Assembly (NCBI GenBank): GCA_026395685.1
Contig: JAPLYG010000012.1
Location: forward strand, 7,039-71,038
Source of the DNA: Candidatus Parcubacteria bacterium
GTDB lineage: Bacteria > Patescibacteriota > Patescibacteriia > CAIXNZ01
Direction of reading: 5' to 3'
DNA: 64,000 nt
Below the pieces are notes generated by a model. It did not search any database and had not been told where the DNA came from. It was given only the letters and a program-made list of their open reading frames with translations. Shown here piece after piece: positions 17,988 to 28,513 of the stretch; the first letter of the stretch is position 1; each line of letters starts with the position of its first letter. The translations under genes and the position numbers were made by a program.

Positions 17988-18617
17988 ATGCCAACTTTTA
18001 AAAAAGAAAAAGAATTATGGGCTAGAGGTTACGATTTGGTCGCCGGTATTGATGAGGTCGGTCGGGGAGCCTGGGCAGGTCCGATTGTGGCAGCCGGAGT
18101 TATTTTTGCCAAAAGTTTAAAAATAAAGGGTTTAAACGATTCCAAGAACGTTTTAGCCGCTAAAAGGGAAGAGTTGGCAGAGATTATTAAATCAAAGGCT
18201 ATGGCCTGGACAATTCAAATTGTGGAGCATGATGTGATTGATGAAATCGGCGTGGGCAAGGCAAATGCCTTGGTCATTGATAAAGTCATTAATGCCTTAG
18301 ATCCCAAACCTCATTATTTACTGATCGATAAAGCCAGTTTGATTAAGTATAAAATCAGAATTCCCTGGGAAACGATTATTAAAGGGGATAGTAAGATCTT
18401 TTCTATTGCTGCAGCATCAATTATTGCTAAAGTAGCCAGAGATGAAATGATGCTAAAATTAGCTAAAATATACCCAAAATACGGGTTTGATAAGCATAAG
18501 GGTTATGGCACCAAATTGCATCAAAATATGCTTAAATTGCATGATATTTGTCCAATTCACCGCAAATCTTACCGTCCAATCAGCCAACCCAGTTTGTTAA
18601 ATTTTGAAGATGCTTGA
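17988..18617 (+). CDS. rnhB: Ribonuclease HII
   Basis: AGIDEVGRGAWAGPIVAAGVIF; LIDKA...; DSKIFSIAAASIIAK. Confidence 0.9.
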   Translation: MPTFKKEKELWARGYDLVAGIDEVGRGAWAGPIVAAGVIFAKSLKIKGLNDSKNVLAAKREELAEIIKSKAMAWTIQIVEHDVIDEIGVGKANALVIDKVINALDPKPHYLLIDKASLIKYKIRIPWETIIKGDSKIFSIAAASIIAKVARDEMMLKLAKIYPKYGFDKHKGYGTKLHQNMLKLHDICPIHRKSYRPISQPSLLNFEDA

Positions 18618-18745
18618 TTATTTTAATATTTTTAGATAAAATTAACAGTGAAACATAAAAATGGTTGTGGATAACTTTTGCCATTGCCAAAGAGAACTCA
18701 TATGAGTCTTTTTTATTTTTCAAACAAGAAATAAAGATTAAGAAT

Positions 18746-19024
18746 ATGGATGATAATAAACATGATAAAATTAATAAGCCCTGGTGGCAGGATTCAATAA
18801 TGCTATTTACTCAGCTTTCAGGCTGGATCGGCATTCCGGTTATTTTGGGGGTTTTTCTGGGCAGATGGCTGGATCAAAAATATAATACTGAACCGTGGCT
18901 ATTTTTAATTACAGTTGGCGTGGCCTTTGCTATTTCCATGATTGGTATAGTTAAAGAAGCTACTAGTGCGATGAGAAAAATTGAACAAGATACCAAAAAT
19001 CAAAAAAATGATATCAGTAAATGA
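18746..19024 (+). CDS. AtpZ/AtpI-like small membrane protein preceding the atp operon
   Basis: Two TM helices, positioned directly upstream of atpB. Start chosen at the internal ATG; the ORF track begins at 18665. Confidence 0.4.
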   Translation: MDDNKHDKINKPWWQDSIMLFTQLSGWIGIPVILGVFLGRWLDQKYNTEPWLFLITVGVAFAISMIGIVKEATSAMRKIEQDTKNQKNDISK

Positions 19025-19889
19025 AAACAATATATTAGTAGTAAATTTACCTGCAGAGCATGCTGAAAATTTGGTTGAAACTGAACAGGTTGAACACGAG
19101 CATACTTTATATGCGGAAACTATCTGGCAGGGAAAATATTTAACCATTACCAATTCCATGATTAATGCCTGGATTGTTGTTTTGATAGTTATTGTTTTGT
19201 CCTTGATAATAAAATTGAAAATTAAAAAAATACCCAGCGGAATTCAAAATGGAGCTGAAATGGTGATAGACGGCGCTCTCAATTTGGCTGATTCAGTTAC
19301 CGGAAACAGAGATAAAACATTGAAATTTTTCCCCATTTGTTTTGCATTGTTCATTTTCGTGCTGATAAATAACTGGTTGGGAATTTTACCCGGCGTCGGT
19401 TCGATCGGATTTAATATGGTTGAAGAAGGCCATAAAGTTTTTGTGCCCTTATTCCGCGGAGGTACTGCTGATTTGAATACTACTTTGGCTCTGGCTCTAT
19501 TAGCGGTAATCGGCTCTAATCTTGCCGGCGCGATATTTACCGGTTCCTGGAATTATTTTAATAAATTTATTAATATTAAGGCCTTTTTAGCGATACCGAA
19601 AAAGATTTTAAAGGATCCTACTGTGATTTTAGTTAATCCGATCAAAGCTTTTGTCGGTATTGTCGAAATTATCGGTGAAATTGCCAAAGTCGCTTCACTG
19701 TCGTTTCGTCTATTCGGTAATATTTTTGCCGGCGAAGTGCTTTTGGCATCAATGGCTGCGTTGGTTGCGTTTGTGGTGCCGATACCGTTTATGTTTTTGG
19801 AAATAATTGTCGGTATTATCCAGGCTTTGATTTTTAGTGTTTTGACCTTGGTTTACTTGACTATAGCTACCACTAAGGAAGAGCATTAG
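18981..19889 (+). CDS. atpB: F0F1 ATP synthase subunit a
   Basis: SLSFRLFGNIFAGEVLL signature with the essential Arg. Confidence 0.88.
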   Translation: MNKIPKIKKMISVNENNILVVNLPAEHAENLVETEQVEHEHTLYAETIWQGKYLTITNSMINAWIVVLIVIVLSLIIKLKIKKIPSGIQNGAEMVIDGALNLADSVTGNRDKTLKFFPICFALFIFVLINNWLGILPGVGSIGFNMVEEGHKVFVPLFRGGTADLNTTLALALLAVIGSNLAGAIFTGSWNYFNKFINIKAFLAIPKKILKDPTVILVNPIKAFVGIVEIIGEIAKVASLSFRLFGNIFAGEVLLASMAALVAFVVPIPFMFLEIIVGIIQALIFSVLTLVYLTIATTKEEH

Positions 19890-20042
19890 GTTGTAATGGT
19901 AAATAGGTAACAGATAATAGGTAATAAGGTAAAGTAAATTTCAATGCAGTTATCCTTATTACATATTACTAATTACTTATTTCTAAGCTGCAGCGAACGA
20001 CTTTAAAAAATTAAACAGTCAGTCGAGTCCAAGCAGCAATAA

Positions 20043-20267
<225 letters not shown>

Positions 20268-20329
20268 TTTTTGACGATAAGGGGATGCAAATTTCGTCCC
20301 CTTGGGCTAGGAATTATTGAAGTTTAAAA

Positions 20330-20455
20330 TTCAAAGTTTAAAGTGCAAAGTTACAGTTAATAATTTAAAATTTAGGAAGATTATTTAAAATAAAATATTC
20401 CAAAATTTTTTACTTTACTATGTAATTTTGCATTTTGCATTTTTAATTTTTAATT
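20330..20455. repeat. Family D AT-rich palindromic element
   Basis: AAAGTGCAAAGTTACAGTTAATAATTTAAAATTTAGGAAGATT, with a degraded return arm GTAATTTTGCAT. Shares a 27-bp identical core with 29541-29660. Confidence 0.55.
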
Positions 20456-20463
20456 ATTTTTAT

Positions 20464-20961
20464 ATGGAGTCACTTATTTCAACATTTCATTTAGACGTAA
20501 AATTAATTATTGCCCAGCTATTCAATTTTGCCGTGGTTGCTTTGGTTTTATGGTTTTTTGCTTTAAAACCTCTGCTGAAAGTAATGAGTGAAAGAACAAA
20601 AACCATTGAAAAAAGCTTGGCTGACGCCAAGAAAATTGAGGACAGGCTGGTTAAAACCGAAGCTGAAAAAAAACAGATTATTGATGCTACCAAGAAAGAA
20701 GCAGCTAATATACTTGATGAAACCAATAAAAAAGCCGAAGCCAATAAAAAAGAAATGGTGGAAAAGGCAAAAGATGAAATAGAAAAATTAATCGCTAAGG
20801 GTAAATATCAGATTTCTTCGGATAAGGAAAAAATGCTGGTTGAGGTTAAGGCTGAATTGGCGGATTTGGTAGTTGACGCGACTAAAAAGGTGCTTGGTGA
20901 GTCATTGACAAAGGAAGTCGACAGAAAAGTGGTAGAAGAAGCAGTTAAAAAGATACGTTAA
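20464..20961 (+). CDS. atpF: F0F1 ATP synthase subunit b
   Basis: N-terminal TM, then a long charged Lys/Glu-rich helix. Operon position. Confidence 0.75.
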   Translation: MESLISTFHLDVKLIIAQLFNFAVVALVLWFFALKPLLKVMSERTKTIEKSLADAKKIEDRLVKTEAEKKQIIDATKKEAANILDETNKKAEANKKEMVEKAKDEIEKLIAKGKYQISSDKEKMLVEVKAELADLVVDATKKVLGESLTKEVDRKVVEEAVKKIR

Positions 20962-20962
20962 C

Positions 20963-21036
20963 GGAACCACGAAAGGTGTTCACGAAAACCCACGAAAATT
21001 TTCGTGTATTTAGTGATAATAGTTTTGTGGTTAAGC
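20963..21036. repeat. Family C palindromic element (GGAACCACGAAA...TTGTGGTTAAG)
   Basis: Arms AACCACGAAAGGTGTTCACGAAAACCCACGAAAA and TTTTCGTGTATTTAGTGATAATAGTTTTGTGGTT. Confidence 0.55.
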
Positions 21037-21049
21037 TATCAATATAACT

Positions 21050-21454
21050 ATGAGAAAAATTTCCAGTAAGAAATACGCCCAGGCGTTATACGAATTGACC
21101 AATGATTTGTCCAAGGAACAGATTAAGCTTGAAATTGGAAATTTTATAAAACTTATTGCCAGAAATAAAGATTTAAATAAAATTGATAAAATATTTAAAG
21201 CTTTTGATGAATATGCCAAGAAACAGGAATCAATTGTAGATGTTTCTGTGGTTTCTGCTGAAATTTTGAGCCCAAGCCAAAAAGAAGATTTAAAGCAACA
21301 GATTAAAAAGGAACAAAAGGTTAAGACAGTTAATTTGCAGGAGCAGGTTGATAAAAGTTTGCTGGGCGGTTTTATTTTAAAAATAGGAGATACAATATTT
21401 GACGCCAGCTTAAAATCCAGATTAGCTAGTTTGCGTGCTGATTTGAAGAAATAA
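21050..21454 (+). CDS. atpH: F0F1 ATP synthase subunit delta (short form)
   Basis: SKKYAQALYEL N-terminus and C-terminal LLGGFILKIGDTIFDASL. Operon position. Confidence 0.7.
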   Translation: MRKISSKKYAQALYELTNDLSKEQIKLEIGNFIKLIARNKDLNKIDKIFKAFDEYAKKQESIVDVSVVSAEILSPSQKEDLKQQIKKEQKVKTVNLQEQVDKSLLGGFILKIGDTIFDASLKSRLASLRADLKK

Positions 21455-21631
21455 GGTTCTTAGAGAGAAGGTTCTAGAATTTTACTGTTAAGTGAATTGG
21501 TTAAGATGCTTGTAGGTGAGTAGTGTTGAGGTTAAGTTTAAAACACTAAACACTATCCACTTTCTACTTACGAGCATCCTAACCTTAACCTAAACACAAT
21601 TTTTATTATTAATTATTCATAATTTAAGAAT

Positions 21632-23164
21632 ATGTCAAATAAAGACCTAGTCATTGAGTCATTAAAACAGCAAATCAAAGACTTTAAAACAGGCTTAAAA
21701 GTTGAAAAAACCGGCACGGTAGTGGAAATCGGGGACGGCATTGCCAGAATTTCCGGATTGTCTGATTGCATGTCTTCAGAAATGTTGGAGTTCCAGACTA
21801 AGGGCGAGCCTGTTTATGGCGTGGCTTTGAATCTGGAAGAAGATTCTGTCGGCGCTATTATTCTGGGTGATTATCTAGAAATTAAAGAAGGCGATACTGT
21901 TAAAACAACCGGTCGTATTTTGGAGGTTCCCGTCGGTGAAATGATGGTCGGGAGAGTAATCAATCCCTTAGGACAAGCTTTGGACGGAAAAGGTGAAATT
22001 AAAACAAAGAAATTCTATCCGGTTGAAAAAATCGCTCCCCGCGTTATCACTCGTGAAGGAGTAAGACAACCATTACAGACTGGTATTAAGGCAATAGACG
22101 CTATGATTCCGATCGGACGCGGTCAGCGCGAATTGATTATTGGCGACCGCCAGACTGGTAAGACCGCGATTGCCATTGATACGATTATTAATCAAAAAGG
22201 GCAGGATGTTGTTTGTATATATGTTGCCATCGGTCAGAAGGAATCTAAGATCGCTAAGATTGTGGCAGAATTGGAAAAACGCGGAGCCATGGAGTATACA
22301 GTTGTAGTTTTAGCTGGTGCTTCTGACCCGGCTGCCTTATCATTTATTGCTCCTTATGCCGGCTGTGCCATTGGTGAATTCTTTATGGATCAGGGCAAGG
22401 ATGCTTTGGTGGTTTATGATGATTTATCCAAACATGCTGTGGCATACCGTCAGATTTCTTTGCTTTTAAGAAGACCGCCAGGACGTGAAGCATATCCCGG
22501 TGATGTCTTTTATTTACATTCTCGCTTACTTGAACGTGCTGCTAAATTAAATAAAAATTACGGTGGTGGCTCATTAACTGCTTTACCGATTATTGAAACT
22601 CAGGCCGGTGACGTGTCTGCATATATTCCGACTAATGTTATTTCCATTACTGACGGTCAGATTTATCTGGAAAGCGATTTATTTTATCAGGGCATCCGTC
22701 CGGCTTTAAATACCGGTATTTCAGTTTCTCGTGTCGGCTCAGCAGCTCAGATTAAAGCTATGAAAAAAGTAGCGGGTCGTTTGAAGCTTGATATGGCGCA
22801 GTATCGTGAAATGGCTGCTTTTGCCCAATTCGGTTCTGATTTGGATGAAGCGACCCGAAAGCAGATTACCCGAGGTCAGCGCATGCAGGAAGTTTTAAAA
22901 CAGGATCAGTATGTGCCAATGCCGGTTGCTAATGAGGTGGCGATTATTTACGCCGGCGTTAACGGCTATCTGGATGATGTCCCTGTGGAAAAAGTCCTGC
23001 AATTTTGCGATGGTTTTGATAAGTATTTGAATATTTCAGGCAAAGACTTGCTGAAGAAAATAACTGAAGAAAAAGATATTAGCGAAGAAACAGCGCTTAA
23101 GTTGAAGGAAATTATTAATGATTTTAAAAAGACTTTGGACTATTTAAGTAAATTGAATTATTAA
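21632..23164 (+). CDS. atpA: F0F1 ATP synthase subunit alpha
   Basis: GDRQTGKT P-loop; many conserved blocks. Confidence 0.95.
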   Translation: MSNKDLVIESLKQQIKDFKTGLKVEKTGTVVEIGDGIARISGLSDCMSSEMLEFQTKGEPVYGVALNLEEDSVGAIILGDYLEIKEGDTVKTTGRILEVPVGEMMVGRVINPLGQALDGKGEIKTKKFYPVEKIAPRVITREGVRQPLQTGIKAIDAMIPIGRGQRELIIGDRQTGKTAIAIDTIINQKGQDVVCIYVAIGQKESKIAKIVAELEKRGAMEYTVVVLAGASDPAALSFIAPYAGCAIGEFFMDQGKDALVVYDDLSKHAVAYRQISLLLRRPPGREAYPGDVFYLHSRLLERAAKLNKNYGGGSLTALPIIETQAGDVSAYIPTNVISITDGQIYLESDLFYQGIRPALNTGISVSRVGSAAQIKAMKKVAGRLKLDMAQYREMAAFAQFGSDLDEATRKQITRGQRMQEVLKQDQYVPMPVANEVAIIYAGVNGYLDDVPVEKVLQFCDGFDKYLNISGKDLLKKITEEKDISEETALKLKEIINDFKKTLDYLSKLNY

Positions 23165-23281
23165 TTTTTAAGTTTTAATTTTTAAAAAATGATTTAATGT
23201 TTTAATTTCGAATTTAAACATTAAGTAATTAAAAATTGATTATAAATTAAAAATTATAAATTATTCATTTGAACGATTGTT

Positions 23282-24184
23282 ATGCCCAATACCCGCGACA
23301 TCAGAAGACGCATCAAGTCCATCTCAAATACGAAGAAGATTACCAAGGCCATGGAAATGGTGGCTTCTTCTAAAATGAGAAGGGCAGTAAATGGAGTGCT
23401 GGCTTCCAGGCCATACTCTGATTTGGCGTGGCAATTGATTCTAAATGTCGCTGGTAAGGCTTCTATTAAGCATCACCGTTTACTAGCTAAAAGAAAAGAA
23501 ATTAAATCCATTGGTATCGTACTGATTACCTCAAATCGCGGTTTGTGTGGGTCATTTAACCAGCAGGTTATGAAATCAGCGGTTGAAATCATTAAAAACG
23601 AAAAAGCTCAGCATTTTGATTTGAAAGTTGATATTGTTTCAGTCGGTAAAAAAGGTGCGCGCTCTATGTTTAGGCAGGGATATAAAGTCGTGGCTGAATT
23701 TGAAAAGCCAGATGTGATCAATAGCATTTTAGACGTCAAACCAATGGCCAATATGATTATGTCAGACTTTTTACATAAAAAATACGATAAAGTTTATTTA
23801 ATTTACACTGACTATATTTCTGCCTTAAAGCAGATTCCCAGAGTGAAGCAGATTTTACCGATTGAACCTACTCCTGATTTATTCCTGGGCACGGTCATTG
23901 AACAAAAAGAACAAGCAGTTAAACAATTTGAATATAAATTTGAACCGCCGGCTAAGGAAATATTAGGGGAGTTGCTACCGCGTTTGCTTTCCGTCCAGGT
24001 CTATCAAGCTTATCTGGAAAGTAATGCCTCAGAGCATTCTGCCCGCATGCTAGCCATGAGAAACGCTTCAGACGCTGCCGGTGACATGATTAATGAATTA
24101 ACCTTAATTTTTAACCAGGCGCGTCAGTCTGCGATCACCAAGGAAATAGCGGAAATTGCCGGAGGCAAGGCCGCACTCGAATAA
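23282..24184 (+). CDS. atpG: F0F1 ATP synthase subunit gamma
   Basis: IRRRIKSISNTKKITKAMEMVASSKMRRA start and conserved C-terminus ...ITKEIAEIAGGKAALE. Confidence 0.9.
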   Translation: MPNTRDIRRRIKSISNTKKITKAMEMVASSKMRRAVNGVLASRPYSDLAWQLILNVAGKASIKHHRLLAKRKEIKSIGIVLITSNRGLCGSFNQQVMKSAVEIIKNEKAQHFDLKVDIVSVGKKGARSMFRQGYKVVAEFEKPDVINSILDVKPMANMIMSDFLHKKYDKVYLIYTDYISALKQIPRVKQILPIEPTPDLFLGTVIEQKEQAVKQFEYKFEPPAKEILGELLPRLLSVQVYQAYLESNASEHSARMLAMRNASDAAGDMINELTLIFNQARQSAITKEIAEIAGGKAALE

Positions 24185-24264
24185 ACTCGTCGGCCTTAAC
24201 ACTTTAGTGTTAAGGCGATGCACTCAAACACTAAAGTGTTTGAGCCGTAAATAAGGGTCAGGCA

Positions 24265-24318
24265 GCCATTACCGAGGAAATAGCTGAAATTGCCGGAGGT
24301 AAGGCCGCACTGGAATAA
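24265..24318 (+). repeat. Diverged duplicate of the last ~17 codons of atpG including the stop. It is separated from the original by a 76-bp palindrome-containing insert.
   Basis: GCCATTACCGAGGAAATAGCTGAAATTGCCGGAGGTAAGGCCGCACTGGAATAA versus GCGATCACCAAGGAAATAGCGGAAATTGCCGGAGGCAAGGCCGCACTCGAATAA at 24131-24184. Confidence 0.7.
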
Positions 24319-24366
24319 TTTAAAATTCAAAATGCAAAGTGCAATGTTACAAAGCAAAATGAATAA

Positions 24367-25779
<1,413 letters not shown>

Positions 25780-25828
25780 ATTTTTAATTTATAATTTTTA
25801 AACAATTTTTAATTTATAAATTTTAAAT

Positions 25829-26266
25829 ATGAAGATCACGATTTGTAGTTCTATTGAATTTACTCCTCAAATTAAAGAGGTATTAGATCAATTGTCCTCT
25901 TTGGGTCATATTGTTGAAATTCCCAAATATTCTCAAAAAATATTGAATGGGGATTTGACGTTAGAAGAATTTATGACAAAGAAGAGGAAGGAAGGTGATC
26001 TTGAATTTAGGAATAAGGCTGAAGAGGATTTAATTAAGCGATATTATCGTATCATAGATGAAAGTGATGCAATTTTAGTCCTTAATTTGGAGAAAAATGG
26101 TATCCAAAATTATATAGGCGGTAATACCTTCTTAGAAATGGGTTTTGCCTTTGTCTTGAATAAACAAATTTTTCTTTGGAACGATATTCCAAAAATGCAG
26201 TATAGTGATGAACTTATAGCAATGAAACCAACTATAATTAATCATGATTTGGGTAAAATCAAATAA
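25829..26266 (+). CDS. Nucleoside 2-deoxyribosyltransferase-like (NDT/PF05014-like Rossmann) protein inserted between atpD and atpC
   Basis: MKITICSSI start and a C-terminal GGNTFLEMGFAFVLNKQIF resembling the NDT block D.GT.FE.G.A.A.GKP. Confidence 0.45.
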   Translation: MKITICSSIEFTPQIKEVLDQLSSLGHIVEIPKYSQKILNGDLTLEEFMTKKRKEGDLEFRNKAEEDLIKRYYRIIDESDAILVLNLEKNGIQNYIGGNTFLEMGFAFVLNKQIFLWNDIPKMQYSDELIAMKPTIINHDLGKIK

Positions 26267-26268
26267 AT

Positions 26269-26703
26269 ATGAGCGACAAAAAAATACAATTTAAAATTAC
26301 CACCCCTGAGCGGGAAGTTTATAATGACCAGGTTGACCAGGTGACTATTCCAACCAGGACTGGTGAGATTACGGTTTTGCCGGAGCATATTCCTTTGGTT
26401 GCTATTTTAGTTCCCGGCGAGTTGGTGATAAAAAAGGATAAGGAGGAGATAAGTCTGGCAGTTAGTTCAGGCTTTATTGAGGTTTTGCCTGACAAGGTTA
26501 CGATTTTGGCTGATACGGCTGAATTAGCCGAGGAACTGGATGAAAAAGCGATTGAAGAAGCTCATCAGCGAGCTTTGGATATGCAAAAAGAAAAGCGTTT
26601 TGACGCTGAGGAATACACTGCTTTGGCCGCACAGATTGAAAGGGAATTGGCGCGTCTTAAAGTTGCCAGAAAGAAAAAATATCGCAATTTACCTAATTCC
26701 TAA
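26269..26703 (+). CDS. atpC: F0F1 ATP synthase subunit epsilon
   Basis: QFKITTPEREVYNDQVDQVTIPTRTGEITVLPEHIPLVAIL. Confidence 0.85.
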   Translation: MSDKKIQFKITTPEREVYNDQVDQVTIPTRTGEITVLPEHIPLVAILVPGELVIKKDKEEISLAVSSGFIEVLPDKVTILADTAELAEELDEKAIEEAHQRALDMQKEKRFDAEEYTALAAQIERELARLKVARKKKYRNLPNS

Positions 26704-26741
26704 CTTTAGACTTTATACTTTAAACTTTTAACTTTTTTATT

Positions 26742-27167
26742 ATGTCACACGGATGTAAGTATCTGATTCTTCACTGCATGGACTATCGTCTTCAGTCAGT
26801 CATTGAAGAATGGAAAAAACCCAAAGGTATTTCCGGGGATGTGGATGTTATGTCCATTGCCGGCTCCTGTAAAGATTTATCCAATTACGCAATTGGAACC
26901 TGCGAATCCAATTTTGTCATGGCCATGATTTCTTTGGCTTATGAGAAACACGGAGTCAGGAATATCATTTTGACTCAGCATGAAGACTGTGGCGCTTATG
27001 GTGGAAAAACTGCTTTTGCCAGTGATGAAGCTGAAAAAGCCAAAGTCGTCGGCGATATGATCAAAGCCAAAAAAGCTTTGTTGGATAAATTCGCTGATTT
27101 GCATGTGGAAATGTTTCGTATCAAGATGGTAGGCGAAGGCTGGGAGTTTGAGGCGGTGAATGACTAA
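26742..27167 (+). CDS. Short beta-class carbonic-anhydrase-like protein
   Basis: CMDYR (compare CxDxR) and HEDCGA (compare HxxCG) Zn-ligand motifs. Confidence 0.4.
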   Translation: MSHGCKYLILHCMDYRLQSVIEEWKKPKGISGDVDVMSIAGSCKDLSNYAIGTCESNFVMAMISLAYEKHGVRNIILTQHEDCGAYGGKTAFASDEAEKAKVVGDMIKAKKALLDKFADLHVEMFRIKMVGEGWEFEAVND

Positions 27168-27408
27168 ATAAGTCTAAAGTACAAAGGCTAAAGTCTAATT
27201 TTAGGAAGAAATATTTGAAAGTCGCTCAAGTGGGCGGCTTTTTTGGTTATTACGATATTATTGACAATTTAGTTAAAATATGCTATTTTATAATAATAGC
27301 CTGAACTGTAAGTAAGGCTATTTCTCCACAGCTGATTTGGGCAACCCCCATTCGTCCGGTCCGCCGGAAATCAGCCAACATGTACCTCAGGGTACAAAGG
27401 AGGTTTAT

Positions 27409-27904
27409 CATGTGTTCGTATCTTTGGGGTTCACCGATCTATTGTGACGGAGACTGGTTGGTGTGGTTATGTTCCTGGGCAGTGGCACTTGTAGTGCTAA
27501 TTGCCATATTCGGAATATTGCTTCTTCGGGGGTACATAACCTTTCGTCGTAACGAGAAAATTATTAAAGAGGCTGGTTTCCTGGAAGCATTACTAAAAAA
27601 AGCAGCAAACGAGAATCTTGAAGATGCACGCAATACTCTTTCGCCTTTCTACACGTCTGATCAAAAGACGCTCTTTATCCCGCGATATTTTTGGGAAATC
27701 AATGATGTTGACATTTTGGCACGCACACTCAGGACATTATTAAAACTGTCGGAAGAAGAAATGCGTAAGAATTTGTTAACGTGCGTTGCCAAGAAGCTGC
27801 GGGAATTGGCAAAATCAAATCCACGCAGAGCCTTCGAAATCCTAGCTCATCTGGGGAGCATGGATAAGGAACTTGCGGTATCAATTCCCAGGTACGTAAA
27901 ATAA
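27409..27904 (+). CDS. Hypothetical membrane protein in a GC-richer segment
   Basis: Strong SD AAGGAGG 7 nt upstream of the ATG, unlike most genes here. N-terminal TM helix. Confidence 0.45.
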
Positions 27905-27920
27905 AATAATCCACTACCCT

Positions 27921-27957
27921 AAGGGCGCTTTCATTCGTGAGAGCGCCCGTTTTTTTA
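27921..27957 (+). terminator. Rho-independent terminator
   Basis: GGGCGCT-ttcattcgtgag-AGCGCCC stem, then TTTTTTT. Confidence 0.7.
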
Positions 27958-28034
27958 AGTCCTAGATTACTTGACAGGATTTCGGTTTTAGTGTAAGGTA
28001 AAATGAAAGTTTAAAACAGTAATTGGAGGTAGAA

Positions 28035-28373
28035 ATGCAAAGTCTTTTGGCTACTGGTGAAGCAGCTGATTCTTTTAAAGCCAAAACAACTCCGTGTGCT
28101 GAACCACAAACCGCCAGACAGTACTGGGTTTGTGAAGTGATTCATGATCCTTTTCGCATTGGTCATCATGTGTATCAGGGAAAAGTCTTGAAATTCATTG
28201 CCGTTGCTTATTGCACTGATAAAAAGTCGGCAGATTCAATTGCTTACCATACCGGAAGATTTGTCGTAATATCCGATGTATTTAATCATCGTCAGGAAGA
28301 CCGCTTTCTACATAAAAAAAATTTCGAAATAATTTCGTTTTACTTTCCAGCCCCGCCCAAGCGTCTCCCCTGA
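28035..28373 (+). CDS. Hypothetical protein (GC-richer segment, SD GGAGGT)
   Basis: ORF with a canonical SD upstream. No recognisable domain. Confidence 0.4.
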   Translation: MQSLLATGEAADSFKAKTTPCAEPQTARQYWVCEVIHDPFRIGHHVYQGKVLKFIAVAYCTDKKSADSIAYHTGRFVVISDVFNHRQEDRFLHKKNFEIISFYFPAPPKRLP

Positions 28374-28424
28374 GGCGCTTTTATTTTACGCAGCGGGGAT
28401 TATAAGGTACAATAATTGAAGGTG

Positions 28425-28513
28425 TTCATCGTTAATCGGTATCGACAATCGTTACGATTATCGATTATCGTTTAACGTAACGGAAAACGTCTGCCGAAAA
28501 ACGAATAACTATT
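28425..28513. repeat. Family B repeat (copy 2), immediately upstream of rlmN
   Basis: ATCGGTATCGACAATCGTTACG...TTTAACGTAACGGAAAACGTCTGCC...CGAATAACTATT. Confidence 0.6.

Noticed and set aside
18668-18676. Perfect DnaA box TGTGGATAA
   Set aside because: It is a single isolated box inside or just upstream of the atpZ-like gene. There is no cluster of boxes, no AT-rich DUE and no dnaA/dnaN nearby, so it is not an origin.
27263-27300. Sigma70-like promoter (TTGACA ... TATAAT) upstream of the GC-rich island
   Set aside because: The spacing between the hexamers is ~21 nt, too long for a canonical promoter. AT-rich background makes chance matches likely.
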